From positions 7,574,830 through 7,638,829 of the forward strand of contig CAVNZM010000008.1 of the NCBI GenBank assembly GCA_963693365.1: 64,000 bases of DNA, in the 5' to 3' direction. This document shows, one piece after another, positions 53,843 through 64,000 of the stretch; positions within the stretch are counted from its first letter, which is position 1; every line of letters starts with the position of its first letter. Source of the stretch: Amoebidium appalachense. Its lineage: Eukaryota; Protista; Ichthyosporea. The position numbers were made by a program, and so were the translations under genes. A model generated the notes under the pieces. The model searched no databases, had not been told where the DNA came from, and was given only the letters and a program-made list of their open reading frames with translations.

Positions 53843-55612
53843 GTTGCAATTGCATATCATAAGGAAGTGGGAATGGGGAAAAACAGCGTGCAAGGATTTA
53901 TCATCGAAAGAGGCTGTTTAGAAACACATCTTGCATGATGTATCACGAGAACCTTTCCGCATTCGCACCTCTGCCCAGCACCGTACGATGGTGTGGAGGG
54001 ACTCGCACCGACGAGTTTTCCGTTTTTGTTTCTGACGTCGTTGTTTTGTAACAAAAATAAATAATAATAAAAAATTGGTGTATGTATATGTGTGTGTGGA
54101 AAAGGTTTTCGCAAAATAAACATTCCAGCAACCTATGTCAAATGCAATGGTCTATGGGCAACACGGTTGGAACTTCGAATTCTCAACAAGGAAGAGGCAA
54201 CACCCGAAGGAGACGCTTACAGGCCAGGCTACAACATTGATGTCGTAAAGTTGAGAGTATTGATAAGTGGAAAAGCAAGTTTTAAGGGTGCATCCAACTC
54301 TAGAGTGTGTGCAATGACCAAGGTGCACGACAACTTTATAAACACCAACAAACAAGGCCTTCTCCCTATTTTCGGAGCTGAACCTAGCTAACAGAGTAAG
54401 TGTAAGGTACTGTGTGAGGGGGCCTGTGACCTCCTAACACTATGCCTCGATATCAAGTGTAGCAAAAGGACGAGAGGAATGAGAAGCACCTGTACATGTG
54501 TGTTGTTTCCTGCTTGTGGAATAGAGGGCAAGGTGTGTCTGCCCGTTACCCGTTTGTCCTCCTGGGCCAATGAAAGTGTGTGCAAAGGCAAAAGGTCCCC
54601 TTTGCCTGACCAATCGATTGAAAGAATACATGCATTCCGATCACATTCCATGGCTCAGCCAATCGATTACCTCCAAATTCAGCACGATTCAGTCGGTTAG
54701 CATGGCAACATTTGCAGACTTGTTACATGTATAAATGCACGTGAAAAGTAATAAATGGCGTTATGAAACTATAGAAGCTATACTATACTACTTCCTAAAA
54801 CGCCTTGATATGGGCTAACAGTTAAGATATCCTAAGTGTTAGATCCTTCATGATCGCCAGCGTCCACAAGGCCGACTCCCGTGGAAACTGATCGAGTACA
54901 AGTGGAGTCATGGCAACCAAATTGCGGGTCGAATTGTGCCGATTACAGCCAAACCTTCAAGCTAGCCAAAAAAAAGTACACCAGTAAGTCTCTATATAAT
55001 AGAATACGACCAGAATATGGTCGCTGCTCCCATTTCGGGCCCCTCAGGCCAGAGGAAACTGCAATATTGCTCTGGGCGTACTACTGAGGGTATTGATAGA
55101 CAAATTTCACACCCTGATGCACATCAGGATTGATTGGAAGTTATCGATTTCATTTCCGATTGGCAGCGGAAGACCTAAGGCTTTGGTAAACCCTTGCTTA
55201 CCCGGGATGAAACGTGTGTATTTATGTCATAGATTTAATGAAAAACACTATAATTTTTGATTATATTTTGATTATTGTGGGCCTCTTCTGCTTGGCGATG
55301 ACGCCGCTTGCCGACACGCTCGTTCACTGAACTTCGTTCGAATTGTGCTACGGCGGCGATCGATTGGTTCACTGAGTAATCATATTTGATTGGGGTATCT
55401 TTACTCCTGGATTGGAATGTATGGAATCTTATATCAGGCGCAGGATTGGTCAATCTCAGCCGTTGCAACTTAGTCAATTTGAGAGCTATCTTCTCAGAAG
55501 GGTGCAAACTAGATCGAACATGATGGATTGGATGAAAGTGGCTCCCCAATGAAAACCCTCCAATATAGAGTGTACTGATAGTCATACATCAGATACCCTT
55601 ACTTGTGCCATC

Positions 55613-55938
55613 CTGCGGCCTATAACATACCTTGTATGTTGCCTGCCAACAGCCACTAGACAGAGTTTGATCGCGCCTAATCGGATCTGGATTTATAACG
55701 AGCAGTGATTGGTTCAAATGACGTAAGTCCAGCCTACTTGTAAAAATAAGACATGATCCGCCTTGCCTAGGCTTTTTAACTTCATAAGATTGAAAATTTG
55801 CTTTAAAACGTTAAAGCGTTTCGATTGGTCATTACATAATAAGCAATCCGATTGGTCATTACAGCCCGTCGGAGACGTCCCGCAGCGTCGTAGGCCGGCA
55901 CGGCCACTTACGTAAGCTAGCGGGTACAAAGCCTTGGA
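55613..55938 (+). repeat. Interspersed repeat, copy 2 (homologous to 8217-8588), bracketed by a 36-bp direct repeat
   Basis: Colinear similarity to 8217-8588; aatatagagtgtactgatagtc.tacatcagatacc at 55562-55597 and 55938-55973. Confidence 0.85.
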
Positions 55939-56224
55939 ATATAGAGTGTACTGATAGTCTTACATCAGATACCGGGCCTTATTACTTGTGTTATGCGAAG
56001 CTGCGGCGGAGCAGGTTAAGCCTTCATCAGATGGCTTACTTGTGCCAAGAGTAGGTTTGGACGATTCCTAAGGAGAGACGATCTTCAGTATGTCTGAGCT
56101 GAGCCTTCCACCTTCATCTCGCAAGGAAAAAGAAAAAGAAACCATATATGTAGTATTTTCTTTGACCATAATATCTGTGTTCTTGGAATATCTGCTTTAG
56201 TTGTGACTTACTTACAGAAGCACG

Positions 56225-56990
<766 letters not shown>

Positions 56991-57843
56991 ACATCACTGA
57001 TCATCATGTGCCTCGAGCTCAGGCACGGACTGGCAGACAGACATGCACAGACACGCCCGGCCGCGGCCGCCATCATGAAGTTCTTCTTCTGGCTATCTAT
57101 GGCAGTCCAATGTGATCGTGCATCACCATGTATGCATGCTTGCAAATTAATTGTGTGTGGGTGTGCACTGCATGTTGTTGTCCGCATGTGACACTGTGGG
57201 CTCTTGGCTTTCTGTCCACATGTTTTTGCGCACGCACACATACACACGCCACAGTCACACACACACACACAGGCACGCACACGTCACGCGCACGCGTACA
57301 TTTTCTCTTCCAGCTGACTCGGCCACACAGACTGGCACGTCTCTTTCTCATTCACTTTCTTCCAATATATATAACCCCTCCGAATCTCCCCCAATCTCTT
57401 TGCGGACCCTTACACACTATTTGCAAACCTCTGTGCCTTAGCTTCTTAGCACACTCATGTGACACTAGTGTGCCTGTGCACGGTTGTTATGGATTAGGGT
57501 AGTGTGTGTGTGTGTGTGTGCTTGTGTGACACCGTGTTTGTCTGTACAAATGTGAATGTGCGAGTGTGTGCGCAGATTTCGGGGTCTTCCCATTGGTTGG
57601 GAGAGTCACCGTGGGTTGGTGGTAGCCATGCTGGTGGTGGTGGAGTAGTTGGTGGGTGGGTGGTGGTGGTCACCGTGGTGTGTATGTGAGTGTGTGTTGT
57701 TGTTGTTGTTGTTGTGTTATTGTTGTTAGGGGGGGGAAAGGGCTGTACTCCATTTATTTTTGACTCTCCCCCCCCTCCCCCAGGGCCACCATCACCAAAA
57801 GACACACACACACACACGTACGCACACACACACACACCGTACG

Positions 57844-57900
<57 letters not shown>

Positions 57901-58132
57901 CGCGCGCGCGCGCGCGCGCAGACACGCACACCTGACACACACACACACACACACACACGAACACACGCACGCATGAACACTGTGACGCGCACGCACACAG
58001 GCACACTCACAAAGATAAGCAACACACACGCACACCAACCCACACCCACGCAACACACGGTGGCCCACCCACCCACCCCGCACCCACACATAAGCACCCA
58101 CAAACATGCACACACGCACTAACACAAAGAGA

Positions 58133-58218
<86 letters not shown>

Positions 58219-58255
58219 GCACGCACGAACACAGGCACAGGCACACACACAGACA

Positions 58256-58297
<42 letters not shown>

Positions 58298-58536
58298 CCC
58301 CCAGGCAGGCCCATATCACTCTATCCCCCCCCCCACACCCAGCAGCCTTGTGGCAGCAACCAGCCACCGGTCCACCGTTTATTCACTTCAATTCCTGTTT
58401 AGTTTTGTATATGTATACGCCCACAAACTCTCACATCACGAGATATACATGTACAGATATCCACACATCATTTTCGTTGTTTTGAGCTTGGGTGATAGGA
58501 CACGTTCGAAAATCAATCAGTATAGATCAGGAAATC

Positions 58537-58864
58537 TTATTGTTGCATGGCCTGAGGCACCTTTTCCAGCTCCGCCCTGTGTGTGTGTGTGTGTGTGTGT
58601 GCGCGGGTGTGTGTGTGTTTGTGTGTGTGCATGCGTGTGTGTGTGTGTGTGTATTCATGTAAGCTTGTGTGTGCAAGAAATGGTATCTGCCCAACACCAA
58701 AAAAAAAAAAAGAACACATACGTCTTGTCTATCCTCCCTATCAACTCTCAAAATATTTAAGAACAAACATCCTATCATCGCCCCCCGTATAATCCCCCCC
58801 CCCCCTCCCCCCCCAAACCTTCCTCCTCGCCCAAACACACCCAACACACACTCACATGCAGGCG

Positions 58865-58899
<35 letters not shown>

Positions 58900-59080
58900 A
58901 CAAGCGCTCGTGCGCGCGCGCGCGCACACACACACACACACACTCCAACCCCTAATCACATGCACGCACACACACACACACACACAAACACATCCGCGCG
59001 CGCGAACACACACAAACGTGCAAACACACACCCACTCAGCCACAGGTTTTAACCCACCCACCCACCGACCCACTCACACC

Positions 59081-59160
<80 letters not shown>

Positions 59161-59321
59161 ACCCGCCCACCCACCCACACACACACAATGCACCGACCCA
59201 CCGACCCACCGACCAACCCTCCCCATCCCCCCTCCCCAAAAACCCACCCACCCACCCACCCATCCACGCACGCACACACGCACACACGCACACACGCACC
59301 CAGCCCCTCCCCCCCCGCCCG

Positions 59322-59361
<40 letters not shown>

Positions 59362-59415
59362 CCCATCCACCCATCCACCCACCCACCCATCCACGCACGC
59401 ACGCACACAACGCAG

Positions 59416-59465
<50 letters not shown>

Positions 59466-59562
59466 CTCAGCTGCTTGCTGAAGTCGTCCTCCACCGTGTC
59501 GTCGTCCCAATTGTCCTCCCACTGGTTCACGTCCCCTCCCTCCTCATCCTTCTCCTCCCACG
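58537..59562 (-). CDS. SEM1: SEM1/DSS1 (26S proteasome lid/BRCA2/TREX-2 subunit), last two exons 59562-59466 and 58576-58537; first exon not found in the window
   Basis: Exon WEEKDEEGGDVNQWEDNWDDDTVEDDFSKQLR is bounded by polyT-TAG and AG|GTGTGT and splices in phase 2 to CAG|G AELEKVPQAMQQ*. This gives the DSS1 signature WEDNWDDDxVEDDFSxQLRAELEK. Confidence 0.93.
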
Positions 59563-60292
59563 CTATAAAAAAAAAAAAAAAGAAAAAGAAAAGAAAAAAA
59601 GAAGAAAAGAAAAGAAAACAGGAAAAACGAAAGAAGAAAAGGAAAAGAAATGGAAAGAAAGGGAAAAAAGAAGAAAAGGAAATGAAAGGAAAGGACAAGG
59701 GGAAAGGCGAGGGAGGGAGGGAGAGAGGGAGGGAGGGAGGGAGGGAGGGAGGGAGAGAGGCAAGGTGGGAGGGAAGGATGGAGGAGGTTTGGGAGAACGT
59801 CAGTGAAAAAGGAAATGAAAGCAACAGATACAGGGGTAGGGAGGGGAAGGCGTAGAGAAGGGAAGCCGGGCAACGGGGTGATGAAGGCACGAGGAGGAGG
59901 TGGTGGGGGTGGGGGGCAGGGGGCAGGGGGGAGAGGAGGGGGGAGGGGGAAATGGAGCAAAAAAAAAAAAGGGAGAGAGGGAGGGAGGGAAAGAGGGATT
60001 GTGTGTTTAGCTCTATAAGCAACACGTTAAGGCTCTAACCACCATCTCTCAAGCAACAACAATAAAGGCTTTGACTACTGGATGAGATAATACGGAAGAC
60101 GGGGTGAGAAGGTGCTACACCAAGTACAAAGACTGGCGAGTTGAAGTAGGAAGTGTGGCCCAGCGGGGAAAGGGAAAAAAAGGGAAGGGGGGGGGGGGGG
60201 GGGGGGGTGGGGTTTGAAAGCGTCAAAAAGTACGAAGTACACAAGAACAAACGGATAACACGATGCAGAATGCAAGCCATACATAAAGAGTA

Positions 60293-60454
60293 TGCATAAT
60301 AAGCAGAGCCCATCCTCAGGGGGGGCCCACGTCATCCACAGTACCCGAGTTTCGACCTATTCCCCTCGTTAACGAAACCCAACTCAGATACTGTTTCACT
60401 TGAACATGAGTAGGTCACCCGTCTTGATCAGAGACGAGCAGGGTTGCTTATGCA
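60293..60454 (-). ncRNA. Candidate structured RNA (multibranch with pseudoknot) downstream of the Penelope-like RT
   Basis: Several helices found by eye; their imperfect positions are G-U pairs only on the minus strand; family not recognised. Confidence 0.5.
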
Positions 60455-61013
60455 GGCAAGGGCAGTGGGAAAGGCCGGGGGTTAAAGTTGCAGCAGTAAG
60501 CAGAAGCAAGAAAAATATAGATAGGAACTCAGGAGACGGGGCTTCTAGGAAGCTCCCCCGTCGATACCTAAGTCGATACTTCCCTGGCTAACATACTACA
60601 CCAGCTGAAAAGAATTAAGTCCCGAAGGCCACAGAATTCGTAATCAGAGGGGAAAATATGAGATTTGACCCACGCCGCAGGGTAGTAACACGCTTACTAG
60701 GGCGGAACTTTATCGTCTTCGAACGGAAAGCTATGCCCCCGGATGTCAGCCGGAAATATGGTATCACCCATTGCTTTGGGCTTGAAAAAAGCCAAACCGA
60801 TAGTCCGAGTTATGTTACGCCGGCGGGTAACATGCCGCATGGGTTCCAAGGGAGCTGTCGCCAACAGAGCGGTGTGTGCATGCGTGCGCGTAACGCAATG
60901 TGTGAAGTGTGTCTATAGCTATGAAAGGGGGTATGCAGAAGTGGACAGATGAAGTGTGTGGAGAGAAAAACAGTAAGAAGAAAAGTAGACACCGGTATGT
61001 GCAACCCCGCACA

Positions 61014-61048
<35 letters not shown>

Positions 61049-61109
61049 AATAAGCGAAGATTACAGGTAATCAACCAGAACAACAAATGACAAGCAAAAC
61101 AACAGGCGC

Positions 61110-61146
<37 letters not shown>

Positions 61147-61151
61147 AGGAA

Positions 61152-61270
<119 letters not shown>

Positions 61271-61280
61271 GGAGAGAGGG

Positions 61281-61311
<31 letters not shown>

Positions 61312-61782
61312 GGGGGGGGGGGGGGAGGGGGAGGGGAGGGGGAGGGGGGTCTTAGGGATGCTGCAGAATCGTCAGATATTAGACAAATCGTACCAATACG
61401 ATCATTCTCTCATATATGTGAGAAGATTGTGACTAACGATGTGCAGATCTGGTTAAGACCTGTTGGGTGTGCAGAGAAAATGGGAGGGGAAGGAGGAGGG
61501 AAAGGGGGAGGGGGGGGGGGGAAGTAAGAGAGGGGAGGGAATGTTAGAGTGTCAGTAGTCTCAGGGGACCCTGCAGAGTCGTTAGATGTCAGACAAAAAC
61601 GCACCAACGACCAAGTTCTCCGAGGGGAGAAATGCGTAAAACGTTCTGCAGAGTGGGTTAGAGACCTGCTGATGAGAAGAGTGTATACAGGGTTTGGCCA
61701 GGGGGGGGGGGGGGGGGGGGGAAGGGGGGGGGAAAAAGAAGGTAGGAGGGGAAGGGGGGGGGGGGGGGGGAGGAGAAGGGGG

Positions 61783-61820
<38 letters not shown>

Positions 61821-61847
61821 AGGGAAGGGAGGGGAGGGAGGGAGGGG

Positions 61848-61888
<41 letters not shown>

Positions 61889-62298
61889 CTGTGGTGGACA
61901 GATCAGAGACGAGACCTCCATTTCAAAACTTACCAGGCAACCCAAAAAACCTAGCCGGCTGAGAAAGAAGAACGGCGGGGGAATTGTTTGGGAAAAGGAG
62001 CGGGGGAGAGAGAGAGGGGGGGGGGGGGGGGGGGGGGGGGGGGAGGGGGGAAGGGGGGGAGAGGGGGAGAGAGGGGGGAGAGGGAGAGAGAGAGAGAGGG
62101 AGGGAGAGAACGAGAGAGAACGAAAGAGAGCGAGAGAGGGAGACAGAGAGAGAGAGAGGGAGGGAGAGAGAGGGAGAGGGAGAGAGAGAGGGAGAGAGAG
62201 AGGGAGGGGGGGGGGGAGGGGGGGGGGGGGAGGTGTAGGGGCTGGTAGGGGGGGAGGGGGGGGGGGGGGGGGGGGGGGAACCGGGATAGAGTGGGGGA

Positions 62299-64000
62299 CT
62301 AGGGAGTGTTGATCTTTTTAGTGATGATGGAGAGTATGTGAGAGGAGTGAACGCCACGGTATATGTGCGGGTGTGTGGCGAGAAAGCTGTGCATTTTGTG
62401 GTGCAAGAGTCTAAACGAGTAGCCTTTGTTAAGCAATGTTTTAGCAAGTCGTGCAGTGCATGTGGTGAATGCAGCAAGTGTGGAGCATTTGCGCTGGTAG
62501 CTATGCATTTGACTTGTCATGATGCCGTATTTTGCAGTGCGGGAGATGAATGAGTCGTGATGTGGGAAACGAACGATGTCTAGTGTATTGAACGTGGGTG
62601 TGTCGAGCTTGTTGTAGATGGTTGTGTGAATGCCGTGATTAGTGCAGGTGATATGCAAGTCGAGGTAGGGGACAGAGGGGGAGGAACCGGCAGGGTTGAG
62701 TTGAAGGCTGGTCTTGGGATATAGACCGAAATCACAATCTTCTAAATAGAGGTGGGAGAGAATGCGAGGATTATGAAGGGAGATCAAATCATCTATGTAG
62801 CGGCGAGTAAACTGAAAATCTACCAAGACATCAATGCGTTCGTGTGCAATAAGCTTGCGAACAAAATCCAACTCATAAGTAAAGAGATAGAAATTAGCCA
62901 AGAAAACAGCACAGTTTGTACCCATGGGGATACCAATGTCCTGTTTGTAGAGGGTATCGCCAAACACAACATATATGTTATCTACGAGGAAACATAGAAA
63001 ATCCACAAGCTGTGCCTTAGAGAGATGTAGAGAGTGTTCTTTAGGCTCAAAGGAATCATCCTGGGAATCATCATCTACACGATCCACCCAGGACAACGTG
63101 GAGCCGGTTTTCTTAATAAACATGTGTGGTTTGCGAGCGTCCGTGCATTTTTTGACAAATATTGCGTCAATCAGTGTAGTGAGGCGAGCTTTCAAATCAT
63201 GCAAGTCAATCTTGGTGTAGAGTGTGGAAAAATCAAACACAGACACGGGCGTATTTTCGTGTTGGCGTGTGGTACGGTTAAGGGCGTTGATTGTGTGTGT
63301 GAGTGCGGTGCTATCCGTGAGAATCCAAGAGCTAGTGTTGTGTGGCAGGTGGGGTTTGACAACATCACACCACATACGTTCGACATCAGGGGAGACGAAC
63401 TTAAACACACTAGTGAGAAGGCGGGAGAGAGGTTCAAGTGATGTGGCAGAGGAGTTGGCAATGAAACGGAAGGTGGGTGGTGTTTTGTGCATTTTAACTA
63501 TGGCCTGAAATGTGGGCAAGCGTGCAGTGCGACGTCCTGGTGTGCCTTTTATGTCATGTGTTTTGAGAAATGCAAGGTGTTGTGCAACAATGTCTTTTGG
63601 TGCAGTGTTGCAGACGGTGTATGTTGCGGCAGGTGCATGCAGTTCGGCTGTAATGCTGCTAACGTAGTGTTTTTTGCAGACGATCACGAACGTGTTGCTA
63701 GCTTTATCCATTGTGGTGACTACGAAACGTTTTTGGAAGCGACGCAGTAGAAGCACAGAAGCTTGTGGTACGGTGTGTGTGTTGGGTGCGTGTTGTGCAT
63801 ATGGCAGGAAGGGGCGACACTTAGTAAAGACGGCGGCTGCCCACGGATTCAAAGAGGGATAAGCTGCCATACCAAGATCGTACATCTTGTTACAGAAACT
63901 TTGCAACGCCTGTGTCAATAAATTGCTACAGGTGGTGTCCTCCGTCTGCTCGACCTGCATTCGGAACTTGGTTCCAAAATGCATGAGCGATGCAAAGTCT
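62299..64000 (-). mobile_element. Penelope-like retroelement RT ORF (Naiad/Chlamys type), 5'-partial, uninterrupted for >560 aa
   Basis: GTKFR, DKA motif (VTTMDKASNTFVIVCKKHY), KMHKTPPTFRFI, FDFSTLYT, GIPMGTNCAVFLANFYL, RYIDDL, YLDL and FPHHDS...YGIMTSQ. The ORF stops after the thumb with no C-terminal GIY-YIG and stays open to the window edge. Confidence 0.93.

Noticed and set aside
54092-54700. Cys-rich fragments suggestive of a piggyBac C-terminus
   Set aside because: Cys spacing is not convincing and no DDD core or TTAA-flanked TIR was seen.
55985-56045. Minus-strand CTGATGA-AGGC...GCC hammerhead-like core
   Set aside because: GAAA is replaced by GCAG, and stems I and III cannot be formed.
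60300-60340. SECIS-like ATGAC hairpin on the minus strand
   Set aside because: Lacks the 3' GA of the quartet and the apical AA; no in-frame TGA in the visible PLE ORF.

Overview
Eukaryotic nuclear DNA with GT-AG introns, CTAAC/TTAAC branch points and a very high density of (CA)n, (GA)n and poly-G/C tracts. Most ORFs in the track are microsatellite artefacts. Several single-base frameshifts in homopolymers suggest long-read indel errors. Host genes I can support: a two-exon secreted protein with FN3-like and ricin-B-like segments (5387-7334, -); three paralogous single-C2H2-finger genes (about 14, 27-30 and 52-54 kb, all -); an AAAP/SLC38-type amino acid transporter broken by one in-frame TGA (21635-23050, +); and exons 2-3 of SEM1/DSS1 (58537-59562, -). 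Mobile DNA: a young 480-bp LTR family (two solo LTRs plus a 3.6-kb non-autonomous element with matching LTRs, a tRNA-Arg-like PBS, a PPT and decayed RT and possible dUTPase remnants); a truncated Ty3/gypsy element with an unusually large ORF1; hAT-type and other TIR MITEs; and a Penelope-like (Naiad/Chlamys-type) RT ORF running off the window end, apparently inside SEM1 intron 1. The best candidates for novelty are a pseudoknotted, strand-specific RNA structure downstream of the Penelope-like RT and the GAGA-factor-like single-finger gene family in a microsatellite-saturated genome. All calls were made by eye, without database searches or folding computations.
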